Shown here: piece after piece, positions 1 through 9,670 of the stretch
How positions within the stretch are numbered: the first letter of the stretch is position 1
Layout: each line of letters begins with the position of its first letter
Source: a virus
Virus record (IMG/VR): IMGVR_UViG_3300032235_000911
Location: 1-64,000 of that record
Reading direction: 5' to 3' (one strand)
DNA length: 64,000 nt
Made by a program: the position numbers and the translations under genes
Notes under the pieces: generated by a model
Database searches by the model: none
Seen by the model: the letters and a program-made list of their open reading frames with translations, nothing else
What the model was told of the DNA's origin: nothing

Positions 1-1891
1 ATAGATTTTTGAGGTCGCTATTGATTTCATGCAACTGTCTTTCATTCTTATCTTTATAAGTAGATTCGTTTAGACTAACTATGTCTTTTATTTGTCCTAC
101 ACCGTAGAGTCCGATACCACCGGCATTACGATCACGGCCAATATCAACCGCGCCAGGTAAAATATCTGCGTGCATTCCCTGTGCCACCTTTGAACCCATG
201 CTGCCCTTCATGGAAGGCTTTTTGCTGCGTTCTTTGAGGTCGTCACGACGCTTTGCTGGTGCGCCGCCTACGCCAGGAATAACTGGTGCTGTTACTTCTG
301 AACTTGGGGCCTCTGGTGTCTCGCCGCCACCCTCTTCGCCACCTTCTGGTAGTTCTGGGCCTAAACCGCCCATATCGGAACTAATATCTCCAAGCGCATC
401 GCCTGCATCGCCTTGTGGTGCCATACCGGTTGTTGCACTTGCTTCAAGTGAGGCTTCAAACTGCTTGTCAAAGTACATTTCGCGTTGGATTTTCTTGTAA
501 TCTTGTTCGCTTAGATTGAAGATTTTTTCTGCAATCCATTGTTTAGAGAAGAAACCTTCTGTTGCCGCTGCTGCAACTGCAAACTTTGTTTTCCAGTGTT
601 CAAGTTCCTGTAGTTCGCTGATTTTTGAAGGATTATTTAGTGCAAGTGAGAAGTTTAGTAAATCTTCATTGCGATATCCAAGCGTGAAAAGGTGGATCAT
701 GCCGATCTTTTCAAGTTCGCTTACAACTGCACGCTGTAGGCGTTGTATAGTACGCGCAAAACGGATATCTTTTTGTGCCAAGGTGGCCTTATCTTCGTCT
801 CCGCCCTTTGCGCGAGATAGATATGATGCTGGGATCTTGATTGCTGAGAATAGTTTATCGCGTAGGTACTCGACATCCTCAATATCGCCTACGAAGTTAC
901 CGCCTTGCAGCGTATCGATTGTTGTTTTGCTGTCGCCGCGAACAGGGATATAATAATCTTCGTCAATACTCATTGGGTTATAGCGAAGATCGACGCGACC
1001 TGTTTGTGGATCAACAATCATATTGCGCTTCATTTGATTTTGTATGCGTAACATGAACTGCTCGACATCGTCTGGATTGATGTTACCGACATCGATCTTG
1101 AATACGCGGCGATCCGGTGCGCGAACGATGCGGTACGCCATCATTGCGTCTTCTAAAAGCGTTAGTTGACGCCAAATACGGCGTGCTGGTTCCAGCACGC
1201 TTGTACCATATGGTGCATACTTATCTTGTCCAAGGATACGGAAATGTGCGATTTGCCAGTTTTCAAATGTTAAACCACCGCTGTTCCATTGATATTGGAC
1301 ATATGCAGGATTTGTTTTATCAAGACCTTCAAGGCGTTCAACTTCTGGCGTTGGTAGGCCAAGTACACTCTTGACACCCATTTCGGGGTCGATATCAAGA
1401 TATAGGAACATATCTCCCATCTTGACCATTGTGCGGCACCAGCCATAAAGGTTGAACTCAACATTGAGAACATCATAATATAATGCTTCAAGTATACCGC
1501 GGATTTCTTGATTTGGACTCTTGACTGCAAGCATTTTTGTAATGCTGCTATGTGTTGTCATTTCGTCTGCATAAATATCAAGCGCACTTGCAATCTCGGG
1601 CGTAAATTCCATAGCGTCAAAGTCACTGTAGCGTTCTGCACGCGTTTGGTTTGCTAAAATATTTGCTTGGATTGAGTCGAATGGGTTGTAACTTGTTTTT
1701 TGAAACTGCTTACCGCTTGCGCTTGTAAACTTAAACTTATTTAGATCACGACGGCGAAAGCGTTGTTGCGCCTGCTGACGGAAGTTAACAAGTGGACCAG
1801 AGAAAAGTTTTGTTAGGCTCTTAAATAACGGCGTTTCGTCGTTTTTTACATTTCTACGGTGGTCTACTGTTCTACGATTACGATCTGCCAT
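1..1891 (-). CDS. Portal protein, T4 gp20-like (3' end runs off the window; absent from ORF track)
   Basis: Manual translation from ATG at 1891 (MADRNRRTVD...) is open to the window edge. It contains the gp20-family motifs PEIASALDIYADE, YGTSVLEPARRIWRQLTLLEDAMMAYRIVRAPDRRVFKIDVGN, EDYYIPVRG, IDTLQGG and DIEDVEYLRDKLFSAIKIPASYL, plus an acidic Gly/Pro C-terminal tail. Adjacent to TerL. Confidence 0.93.
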   Translation of the reverse strand, partial: MADRNRRTVDHRRNVKNDETPLFKSLTKLFSGPLVNFRQQAQQRFRRRDLNKFKFTSASGKQFQKTSYNPFDSIQANILANQTRAERYSDFDAMEFTPEIASALDIYADEMTTHSSITKMLAVKSPNQEIRGILEALYYDVLNVEFNLYGWCRTMVKMGDMFLYLDIDPEMGVKSVLGLPTPEVERLEGLDKTNPAYVQYQWNSGGLTFENWQIAHFRILGQDKYAPYGTSVLEPARRIWRQLTLLEDAMMAYRIVRAPDRRVFKIDVGNINPDDVEQFMLRIQNQMKRNMIVDPQTGRVDLRYNPMSIDEDYYIPVRGDSKTTIDTLQGGNFVGDIEDVEYLRDKLFSAIKIPASYLSRAKGGDEDKATLAQKDIRFARTIQRLQRAVVSELEKIGMIHLFTLGYRNEDLLNFSLALNNPSKISELQELEHWKTKFAVAAAATEGFFSKQWIAEKIFNLSEQDYKKIQREMYFDKQFEASLEASATTGMAPQGDAGDALGDISSDMGGLGPELPEGGEEGGGETPEAPSSEVTAPVIPGVGGAPAKRRDDLKERSKKPSMKGSMGSKVAQGMHADILPGAVDIGRDRNAGGIGLYGVGQIKDIVSLNESTYKDKNERQLHEINSDLKNL

Positions 1892-1894
1892 TTG

Positions 1895-3469
1895 TTATCC
1901 TTTTATAAGCCAGTTATATTCGCGGTACACATTCATAGCATTTGCTTTTTCTATTTCGCGATACGAGGCCATACCTTTTATCGAGGTATTGAGAGTTGCG
2001 TTGCTTTTAGTTATTGCTCCGAGTAATGCACGAGTATATTGTACGTCTTTTTGGCTACTTATTAAAGTTGTTTCACGTATCCAGCAGGCGATTGCAAGAG
2101 AAAGTACAAGGTCATCGTTGTACCCTTTTTGTGCTTCCGGCTTGCCGTTGTGCCAAATAAAGCGCTCAAGTTCTCGCAATGTACGATTTGAGTTTATCTT
2201 GACTGCGTCATTGCGTATCATTTCTTCCAGTTTAGCAATAATAAGTGGACGAGTCTTTACTGACGTTACGAATCCCGGCATTGCGCTGCTGTTGCCGATT
2301 GCCATGTTTGGATCAAGATATTCATGCGTACTTTTTTGTGAATAATAAATATTTGGATAGTTCATTTCTACAAGTTTATTTGCAACCGAGTATCCAATGT
2401 TATTTGTTTCAACAACAAGCATTGCGTTGCCATATTCACGGCCTACATCGTATAATAGGTGGCAATATTGGTCTGGCTCTACCTTGCCTTGATATTCTGC
2501 AACCTGCTCCATTGTACTGACGTTTATTACATGGAAAACAGAATAATCAAGGCCATCGCCGCGTGCAACGTCAGCACTTAGGAGATACTTACCTTGGTGA
2601 TTATAAGGTTTCCAGATATGGTATCCGCGGTCTATCCATGCTTTATTTTTTGGTTCAGACAAACCTTTGCGTATTCGTTCCAAATACTCTGGGTCGATAA
2701 CTGTTTCGCCTGAAGCGTTGAACGAAACAAGATATTCTTGTGCGATTTCGCGCTTGCTTAAGTTTTTAGTTTCATTTTCAAACCACTCTTGATCATGATC
2801 AGGGTGAACATCCCAAGGTAGGCTTGTTGGCACGAAAAGATTGCGTGACGCTTCTGCGTCGTCAAATGTACGATGGAACCAGTTACCAATACCATTTGGT
2901 GAACTTAGGGCTATACAGCCACCGCCTGTTGATAGGGTAGGATATAGACCAGCCCAGATGCTATCCATATGCTCAATATGCGCTGCTTCGTCGAGTACAA
3001 GCAAGGATACGGCCTCTGAACGACCAGCGTCTTCGCTTGTTGGAATCGCCTTAACCATCGAACCGTTGCTCAGTTCAAAACTGTTTTTGTTATCGATTGT
3101 AACCGTTGCTATCTTTAGCCAGTCTGGTATATTTTTTACCATGAACTTGACTTTTTTAACCATATTGCTGGCTGTGCTATATTTCGTTGCCATAACAAGG
3201 ACGTTCTTGTCACGATAAAACAATAATAACCACGCAATATAGCCCGCGCAGATGGTAGAAATACCAAGCTGGCGGGCTTTTGCTATTACATTAAATCGGT
3301 GATCACGGAACTTCTCCAACATGTCGTCTTGGAAGTCATATGTCTTGAATGGTATTGTACCTTTCTCTGGATGGGTGATGCGTGCGTAGTTTTTTAGGAA
3401 GTAGGAGGGGTCTTTTCCACAACGGATAACTTCGCGCTTTATTTCCTCCAAAGTAAGTTGTACAGCCAT
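1895..3469 (-). CDS. terL: Terminase large subunit (T4 gp17-like)
   Basis: Walker A KARQLGIST, Walker B LLVLDEAAH, coupling motif SSPNG, RNase H-like nuclease acidic motifs ADVARGDGLDYS and YNDDLV. Confidence 0.95.
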   Translation of the reverse strand: MAVQLTLEEIKREVIRCGKDPSYFLKNYARITHPEKGTIPFKTYDFQDDMLEKFRDHRFNVIAKARQLGISTICAGYIAWLLLFYRDKNVLVMATKYSTASNMVKKVKFMVKNIPDWLKIATVTIDNKNSFELSNGSMVKAIPTSEDAGRSEAVSLLVLDEAAHIEHMDSIWAGLYPTLSTGGGCIALSSPNGIGNWFHRTFDDAEASRNLFVPTSLPWDVHPDHDQEWFENETKNLSKREIAQEYLVSFNASGETVIDPEYLERIRKGLSEPKNKAWIDRGYHIWKPYNHQGKYLLSADVARGDGLDYSVFHVINVSTMEQVAEYQGKVEPDQYCHLLYDVGREYGNAMLVVETNNIGYSVANKLVEMNYPNIYYSQKSTHEYLDPNMAIGNSSAMPGFVTSVKTRPLIIAKLEEMIRNDAVKINSNRTLRELERFIWHNGKPEAQKGYNDDLVLSLAIACWIRETTLISSQKDVQYTRALLGAITKSNATLNTSIKGMASYREIEKANAMNVYREYNWLIKG

Positions 3470-3482
3470 GATATCACCATCT

Positions 3483-4022
3483 TTATTTGTCTTTACGAGT
3501 TACGTTCTTGGGCTTCACTTTGCCCTTCATCATCTTCTTGTTTGCATCCTTGATTGCGTCAAGGCGCTCTTGGGAACTGGTGCTGCCAACTGCGTCAACG
3601 TGGCCTTTTATATTTAGGACTTCAAATGCTCGCTGTGCCTTGACCATAACCTTAACACGATTGCCGGTTTCAACAAGTACCTTGACTTCGCCCATTTCTT
3701 TTAGGCGTAGTGCGCTGCCGGTAAGACGATCAAACTCTTTTTGTAGGTGGCGCTTGACATCATCAATGCGGGCTTCAACTTGCTTCTCAAACTTTTTTTG
3801 ATGCAATCCGGCAACTGGCTCAATGCTATGGTATTTGATCATTAATGTGTTGCCGTGCATTGCAATACCGTAACCATCCATAACCTGCTTGTCGTTTAGC
3901 GGTTGGTCTTCTCTTTTTAGCCCAATTTCAACTGGTTTGCCATTTTCATCAATAGCGCCATCGTGTTTATTTGACGCCGCTTCATATATTGCCTTTACTA
4001 CTTCGTATACGGTAAGTGCCAT
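3483..4022 (-). CDS. Hypothetical protein (head/packaging region)
   Basis: 179-aa ORF tightly packed upstream of terL; no recognised motif. Confidence 0.75.
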   Translation of the reverse strand: MALTVYEVVKAIYEAASNKHDGAIDENGKPVEIGLKREDQPLNDKQVMDGYGIAMHGNTLMIKYHSIEPVAGLHQKKFEKQVEARIDDVKRHLQKEFDRLTGSALRLKEMGEVKVLVETGNRVKVMVKAQRAFEVLNIKGHVDAVGSTSSQERLDAIKDANKKMMKGKVKPKNVTRKDK

Positions 4023-4028
4023 ATTATA

Positions 4029-5030
4029 TTATCCTTTTAGTACGAACTGATTACCGCGTTTTGTAAAAAGTTTATTTTCGTGTATAACTGTATTTGGTGC
4101 AAGATACTTATGACCACCAGTTGTTTCATCTTCTTCCGCAAACCATTTTTTTAATGCATCTGCAAGCGCTTGTTTTTCAGGGTCATCTAATGGAGTTGTC
4201 CCTGCGGTTGCTGGTATGCTATTTATAACAGTTAAAATATTTAACGATACTGGTGCTGCTGCTTCTGATAGATCTGCTGGTTTTGCTTTTAGAATTTTTT
4301 CAATAACCGATGTTGCTATTCCTAAAGCCTGCACCCTTTTTGATGGATCTATTTGTGGTGCCGGCGGTGTCGGTCCAAGACCGCCGAGGCTGGCAGGAAC
4401 TGTAAATAGAGCTTTGTATATTGGACTTCTGCTAAGCGATGATCTAATTTCACGAATATCTGGTGTTTTATTTTGTGGCTCTTGTTGCGTTGCGCCTGTT
4501 TGAGCTTGGGCATTTCCCATACCTGGTGCTTGCGGAACCATCATCTGCGCAAACTGTGGCTGATTTAGTTGTGTTTGCTGACCTTGTTGTTGACCGTTTT
4601 GCGACTGCTGGCCTGTTTTTGCGCCTCTCTCTTTTCTTGTACTATTTGCAGCGCCCGCAAAGGCTAAGGCTACCTGCTTGGAATCTCCCACAAACCCTGT
4701 GCTTTGTATGAACGGAGTTAGCTCGGTCATTATTTTTTTAATGTCACCCTTATGCTTTTTTGCAAGCAAATCGGCTTGTTTTTGTATCGCATTTGCATGC
4801 GCTTCTGGAATGCGTTGGTCGATAGCAAATTTTTTGGCAGCCTCGCGTTTTTTAAGCGCGCCACCTACGCCTGCATCTCCCGCAAAAAAATCCCAAATCT
4901 TGCCAAGTAATCCTCTTTTTGCAGGACGAGGTGTTCCGGTTGGAACAGCAGTTTCACCGCCTGATGGCGTAGTTGCCGGTGGCACTGGCCCTGCTTCTGA
5001 CAACTTTGTTTCTTTAACAACTAGTTTCAT
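4029..5030 (-). CDS. Hypothetical protein, possible internal head protein (Q/P/G/A-rich)
   Basis: 333 aa with low-complexity Q-rich and P-rich linkers, N-terminal MKLVVKE and two LSEA motifs; RBS GAAGG upstream. Confidence 0.7.
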   Translation of the reverse strand: MKLVVKETKLSEAGPVPPATTPSGGETAVPTGTPRPAKRGLLGKIWDFFAGDAGVGGALKKREAAKKFAIDQRIPEAHANAIQKQADLLAKKHKGDIKKIMTELTPFIQSTGFVGDSKQVALAFAGAANSTRKERGAKTGQQSQNGQQQGQQTQLNQPQFAQMMVPQAPGMGNAQAQTGATQQEPQNKTPDIREIRSSLSRSPIYKALFTVPASLGGLGPTPPAPQIDPSKRVQALGIATSVIEKILKAKPADLSEAAAPVSLNILTVINSIPATAGTTPLDDPEKQALADALKKWFAEEDETTGGHKYLAPNTVIHENKLFTKRGNQFVLKG

Positions 5031-5034
5031 TTTA

Positions 5035-5367
5035 TTATCTTCCTTCTAAATGTAGAATATAGCATTTAAAACAGGACTGGAATTTTGTAAGGTATATATC
5101 GTCGTTTCTTCTAAACGATAGCGTATTACAATACTTACAACTCCGGTCAATAACTTTATTAATTAGTTTCTTATCTACTAAAACCCCATCTATTTCACGT
5201 TTCTCTCGTTCCGAAACTTCTTTTAGATAGGCTTTTTTAACTTCCTCTATATATTCAGCTTCTTTTTCTGGATTCCAAGTGCCTTTTGGATTGGTTATTG
5301 CCTGCTCGCCATACTTTTCACGGATTGCTTTCTCAAGCGCAGCGACTTCATCTAACTTCCACTTCAT
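5035..5367 (-). CDS. Hypothetical protein with C-terminal CxxC...CxxC zinc finger
   Basis: CKYC and CFKC pairs near the C-terminus of a 110-aa ORF. Confidence 0.7.
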   Translation of the reverse strand: MKWKLDEVAALEKAIREKYGEQAITNPKGTWNPEKEAEYIEEVKKAYLKEVSEREKREIDGVLVDKKLINKVIDRSCKYCNTLSFRRNDDIYLTKFQSCFKCYILHLEGR

Positions 5368-5373
5368 CTGGGC

Positions 5374-5832
5374 CTACTTTGCTATTGTTAGTGTTAACTT
5401 TATTGTGCTGGCTATTACTAATCCACCAACTACTATACCTGCTATAAAACTTCCAGAAGTTAGCCAACTATTGAACTCGGCTTCCTTACTTAATCTATTT
5501 ATTTCTGTTTTATTTAGTTTTAAAAGATCTTCGTACTTTACTTTATTTATATTAAGTTCTGCTTCTTTTTTCTTTACTTCTGTTTCTAATTCTAACTTGA
5601 GTTTCTTTTGTTCGGTTTCAGCAAAAAGCCTCAGTTCTTCTTTTTCTCTATCTTGTCTTGCAATCAAATCAGCCAAACTATCAGTATGGAAAAGATAACC
5701 TTCAAACGGTGCCTCTTCACCGGCAGATAACTCAACAAAATCACCAGCCTCCTCATTTTCTTGAGCATAAAGTGGCATGCCAAACAGATAAACTGTCAGC
5801 ACAAAGAGACTGGTGATTTTTTTAAATGACAT
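5374..5832 (-). CDS. Exported coiled-coil membrane protein (signal peptide, coiled coil, C-terminal TM helix)
   Basis: Signal peptide MSFKKITSLFVLTVYLFGMPLYA, GEEAPFEGYLF motif, E/K heptad region, C-terminal hydrophobic GxxxG helix; TAATG-coupled to the upstream gene. Confidence 0.75.
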   Translation of the reverse strand: MSFKKITSLFVLTVYLFGMPLYAQENEEAGDFVELSAGEEAPFEGYLFHTDSLADLIARQDREKEELRLFAETEQKKLKLELETEVKKKEAELNINKVKYEDLLKLNKTEINRLSKEAEFNSWLTSGSFIAGIVVGGLVIASTIKLTLTIAK

Positions 5833-6215
5833 TACTTGCGGCGACCTTTTGCTTTTTCTTTGACGCCAAGTTTCTTTTCGATCTTTTTCTTGAAGGCCGG
5901 CTTGTCTTCCTTGGCCAGTTTCTTTAGACTCTTTGCTTCTTCTGCTGCTTTCTCTTGCGCCTTTTGGAGGGCCGCAGCCTTCTTGGCTTCAAGTGCCTCT
6001 AAATCTGCTACTTTTTGGGCCTCTAGTTCAGCATTTTTGGCCGCTAATTGCTCTTCTGCTGCCTTGCGAATAAGTTCCTCTTGACGAGCAAGAGCCTCCT
6101 GTTCTGCCTCTCCTGTTACATGCTTACGGAATGCAACAAGGGCACCAATCGTTGCCGTTACAATAAGAAGAACAGTTAGTTTTGTCTTCATAAATAGATC
6201 CTTTAGTTTTTCCAT
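5832..6215 (-). CDS. N-terminally anchored coiled-coil protein (i-spanin-like topology)
   Basis: One N-terminal TM segment (LTVLLIVTATIGALVAF) followed by an A/E/K/Q coiled coil and a basic tail. Confidence 0.7.
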   Translation of the reverse strand: MEKLKDLFMKTKLTVLLIVTATIGALVAFRKHVTGEAEQEALARQEELIRKAAEEQLAAKNAELEAQKVADLEALEAKKAAALQKAQEKAAEEAKSLKKLAKEDKPAFKKKIEKKLGVKEKAKGRRK

Positions 6216-6258
6216 TTTATTTTCCTATCTGCCGTCTTGTGCGGCAACTGTTTGTATA

Positions 6259-9200
6259 CTATACCTGAATGCTGGCGAAGTTTTCACGCTTCTCAATATT
6301 GATCTGCATGTCCACAGCATCTTTTAATATATCTAGATGCGAGATTAAAAAAACAACCTTAAAATATCCTTTGATAATATCAAGAATGCGGATAAACCCT
6401 GCAAGATTATCGGCATCAAGCGAAGTTCCAGGCTCGTCCATGATGAAAAAGTCGCTTCTTGGGAGACTGGACACGGTTAGTAGTGCTAATCTGATCGCGA
6501 TTGAGGCAAGGCTCTTCTCGCTGCCGCTGCCCATTTCAAGTGGGCGTGGATCGTATTTGGGGTGTTTGATCATAATATCAAGTTTGTCGTCGTCATTCAC
6601 CAAAAATACTTGAAAGTCAACGATATTTGTTAATATTTTGTTTATTTCGCTGTTGATAACAGGAAGTTTATTTTTGATAACCTGATACGAGATACCGTTT
6701 GGATGCATTGCCTTCAAGTAGAGATCATATGCGGCAAATTGACGGCGTTTTTCAAGAAGTTCTAACTTCTGTTCTTCAAGAGTTTCAAGACGACTGGTCT
6801 GATAGCCGCTGTCGCGGTAAACCGTTGTGATTTCTTGGTTTAATGAGTTTAGTTTCATTTCAAGATTGTGAGTCTTAACCTTATAGCCTGCTTCCCTGAT
6901 GATTAGATCTTCAAGTTCGGCGCTTTCTTCCTTGCGCTTGTTCATTTCGTCAACTTGCGCTTGATATTTTGCGATTTCTTGCTTGTTGTCGGCAAGTTTT
7001 ACATTGTGCTTTTCGATTGTAAGTTGAATATTTTTTTCTTCAAGAGCAATCTTTTGTAGTAGTGATTGTGCGCTGTTCCACTTGGCAATACGGTCTTCGA
7101 GATTGAGTGCCCGTAATGGCGCTATTTCGGCCTCTAAACCCTCTACCTTGACTCCCAACTTGGCCCACTTGATCTCGTGTTCTGGGCGTTCTGCTGACGC
7201 TTCGTGGGCGTCCTTGATAAACTTACAGCTGGTGTATTGATTGCCGCAAGGTACGCCTTCAAGAAGACCAATGCGCTTCTCGATAGCGGCAGACTTCTGG
7301 CTATCAAGCCGGTATTGCGCTTCAAGTTCAGAAAGACTCTTTGTTAGTGAGTCAAGTTTATTTTTTTGTTCAAGCAATGACGCAATATCCTCAGTTACTT
7401 CAACATTCTTGCGCTTTTCGTCTAACTGATTTAGTTTGGTATTGCCTTCACGGATCCATTGCTCGTATGTAGACTTTGACGCTTGTAGTGAAGAAAGGCG
7501 GATTACTGAATCCGACATGTCTGGCCGGTTTACTTGGATAGCATAAATCTTTGACTGTGTTTGCAGTAGATCATTGCGCGCTTCTTGTAATTCGCCGTTT
7601 AGGTCTGTTATTTGTTCTTTTGATTGACGGATTGCAACTTCGGCAGTCTTGATAGTTTCTTTTGTTTTTTCGATTTCCGCGTCAAAATCAGTATCGTCAT
7701 GTTTTTTTAGATACGCTTTTACTTCGGCAGCATCACTCTTTGCGAGTTTAAACTTACTTTCAAAAATATCAAGATCAAGGAACTTAGCAAGAATGGTCTT
7801 GCGGTTCGTGCTGCCTTCGTTGATAAATGCAAGGCTATCGAGTTGGCTTGCCATGCTGGTTAGAAGGAAGTCGTCAACAGAACCCACATATCTACGGATA
7901 ATCTTGTCAGTATCGCTACGGTCCAAACCAGTAAGAAGTTCTTCATTTTCGGTGGTGAATTCAACATCAGTCTTGGCCTCAACGGTTTCTACACCCTTGC
8001 TTTTTTTGGTATACTTTGCGGAGTTTCGCTCAACTACATATTCATTGCCGTCAATATCAATAGTGAGTTTTCCACGACCCTTCTCACGATTTTGATTAAT
8101 AATATTTAGGTTCTTACGATTGTTCTTTGAAGTTGTGTTGAATACTGTATAGAGCAGTGAATCAAGAAAACTGGTCTTGCCTTCACCGTTCTTGCCAAGG
8201 ATACCAACAACGCCGCGAAGTTTAGAAAAGTCTACACGGTTACCTTCGCCGTAGTTAAATAGGTTATCCCACTCAAAGTCTTTAACTGACCATGTCACAT
8301 TGCGGGCAACATCTTCGCTCTGCTCAACCTCAACAGAATATTTTTTATTCATGTTGTAGATTTTTTCAAGAGTTTCGTTGTCGGGATTGTAATCCTTTAG
8401 GAACTCGCGAATCATTTCCTCTTGGACATCGGTCGTGCGTAAGTTGAGTGTCTTTGAGAGATTTGAAACTTCTTCAAGTGTTTCTTTGTTTGTAATGCTC
8501 TTGTTGACATAGGTAACGCTCTCTGGCTTGTAGCGAGCCTTTACCGCGTCAATAGCAGACTTTACTTTATCAATAGATAGGCTGAAATCTGAGATAAGTC
8601 GGATTCTTGCGCCCTTTGGTAGCACAGGTTCGCTTGCAAGAGAGCCGTCGATCCACAGTGGAATACTGGCGAATGGTTTTGGGTTTGGGATTTTGACGCT
8701 ATCAACATGGAACTTTTCTTTGTCTTCGATATGCCAGATAAGAAAACCCTTGTCATCGGTTTCACCAAAGTTTTGTTGGATTGTGCTACCGGCGTAGCGC
8801 ATACGCCCTTCGTCGTCTACTTTTTGGTTTGTAAGGTGGATATCGCCAAGCAGGGCATAGTCGTGACCTTCAAAGATCTCAACGCTATCGTCGCCGTGTT
8901 CAATAACATAGCCGGTATCAGTCATTACCCCACGAATAGAGCCGTGATATAATGCAATATTTATTTTATTTGCGTCACTTGGCGCACACCAGTTTTCTTT
9001 ATCAAAGATACTCAATACATTTAGTACAGTATTGTTTCCAATATCGTATTGGCCGCTTTTGTAAAGATAGTGAATGCGTTTGCTCTCAATAGCCTCAACG
9101 ATTGGGCTAATGGAATCAAGGCGGCGGTTGTTGCGTAGGTTAGTATCGTGATTACCGGCAATAATATATGTTGGAGCAATATCGCCAAGGTTTTTTAAAA

Positions 9201-9390
9201 AATCAACAGCAAGGCTTACTGCTTCCGGCGTTAGTTGTAACTTGCTATGAAATAGATCGCCTGTATGGACAATGTAATCTACCCCTTCTTCCTTGCAGCG
9301 TTCATATATCTTACTAAATACTTCTCTGTATTCGTCGTGACGCTTAGTGAGCAAAATGTGGGTGTCGCTTATGTGTGCAATCTTGGGCAT
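6259..9390 (-). CDS. Fused Mre11/SbcD phosphoesterase + Rad50/SbcC SMC ATPase (gp47-gp46-like recombination nuclease)
   Basis: N-terminal metallophosphoesterase motifs ISDTH, TGDLFH, AGNHD, LYHG and LGDIH; then Walker A GKNGEGKT, long coiled coil with central Cys pair, signature GSGSEK, Walker B FIMDEP and H-loop ISH; RBS GGAGG. Confidence 0.93.
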   Translation of the reverse strand: MPKIAHISDTHILLTKRHDEYREVFSKIYERCKEEGVDYIVHTGDLFHSKLQLTPEAVSLAVDFLKNLGDIAPTYIIAGNHDTNLRNNRRLDSISPIVEAIESKRIHYLYKSGQYDIGNNTVLNVLSIFDKENWCAPSDANKINIALYHGSIRGVMTDTGYVIEHGDDSVEIFEGHDYALLGDIHLTNQKVDDEGRMRYAGSTIQQNFGETDDKGFLIWHIEDKEKFHVDSVKIPNPKPFASIPLWIDGSLASEPVLPKGARIRLISDFSLSIDKVKSAIDAVKARYKPESVTYVNKSITNKETLEEVSNLSKTLNLRTTDVQEEMIREFLKDYNPDNETLEKIYNMNKKYSVEVEQSEDVARNVTWSVKDFEWDNLFNYGEGNRVDFSKLRGVVGILGKNGEGKTSFLDSLLYTVFNTTSKNNRKNLNIINQNREKGRGKLTIDIDGNEYVVERNSAKYTKKSKGVETVEAKTDVEFTTENEELLTGLDRSDTDKIIRRYVGSVDDFLLTSMASQLDSLAFINEGSTNRKTILAKFLDLDIFESKFKLAKSDAAEVKAYLKKHDDTDFDAEIEKTKETIKTAEVAIRQSKEQITDLNGELQEARNDLLQTQSKIYAIQVNRPDMSDSVIRLSSLQASKSTYEQWIREGNTKLNQLDEKRKNVEVTEDIASLLEQKNKLDSLTKSLSELEAQYRLDSQKSAAIEKRIGLLEGVPCGNQYTSCKFIKDAHEASAERPEHEIKWAKLGVKVEGLEAEIAPLRALNLEDRIAKWNSAQSLLQKIALEEKNIQLTIEKHNVKLADNKQEIAKYQAQVDEMNKRKEESAELEDLIIREAGYKVKTHNLEMKLNSLNQEITTVYRDSGYQTSRLETLEEQKLELLEKRRQFAAYDLYLKAMHPNGISYQVIKNKLPVINSEINKILTNIVDFQVFLVNDDDKLDIMIKHPKYDPRPLEMGSGSEKSLASIAIRLALLTVSSLPRSDFFIMDEPGTSLDADNLAGFIRILDIIKGYFKVVFLISHLDILKDAVDMQINIEKRENFASIQV

Positions 9391-9404
9391 GTGCCCTCCA
9401 AATG

Positions 9405-9430
9405 AAAATGGCTCTGCCGAAACAGAGCCA
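9405..9430 (-). terminator. Intrinsic terminator with UUCG tetraloop
   Basis: Minus strand TGGCTCTGT-TTCG-GCAGAGCCA followed by TTTTC. Confidence 0.65.
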
Positions 9431-9459
9431 AGTATACATTAGGAAGTTGTTAGATTCAA
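9431..9459 (-). promoter_or_regulatory. Host sigma70-type promoter for the Mre11/Rad50 fusion gene
   Basis: Minus strand TTGAAT (9459-9454), 17-nt spacer, TATACT (9436-9431), 40 nt upstream of the ATG at 9390. Confidence 0.65.
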
Positions 9460-9668
9460 GCGTTTTTTCGCTCTTTCACGACAAGTTTGAGGTGGTTTTT
9501 TGGTTTGTCTTGGATTGTGTCAAGTGAAGGGTTGGCTTCAAAACCGGCTGGCGTCTCTTCGTCCCATGCACCAGCATCTATTTGTGGTTCTGTCTCTGGT
9601 TCTTCGCCTTTGCCGCCTGGTACGAGTGTTAGACTGCCCTTGCTTACTTCTTTTACGATTAGTTTCAT
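9456..9668 (-). CDS. Small acidic hypothetical protein flanked by KL(I/V)VKE motifs
   Basis: 70 aa; starts MKLIVKE and ends KLVVKERKNA with an acidic, Pro-rich middle. Confidence 0.65.
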   Translation of the reverse strand: MKLIVKEVSKGSLTLVPGGKGEEPETEPQIDAGAWDEETPAGFEANPSLDTIQDKPKNHLKLVVKERKNA

Positions 9669-9670
9669 GG

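Noticed and set aside
1895-9390. Inteins in terminase or the Mre11/Rad50 fusion
   Set aside because: Lengths are accounted for by the expected domains and I saw no C...HN-[CST] splice motifs.
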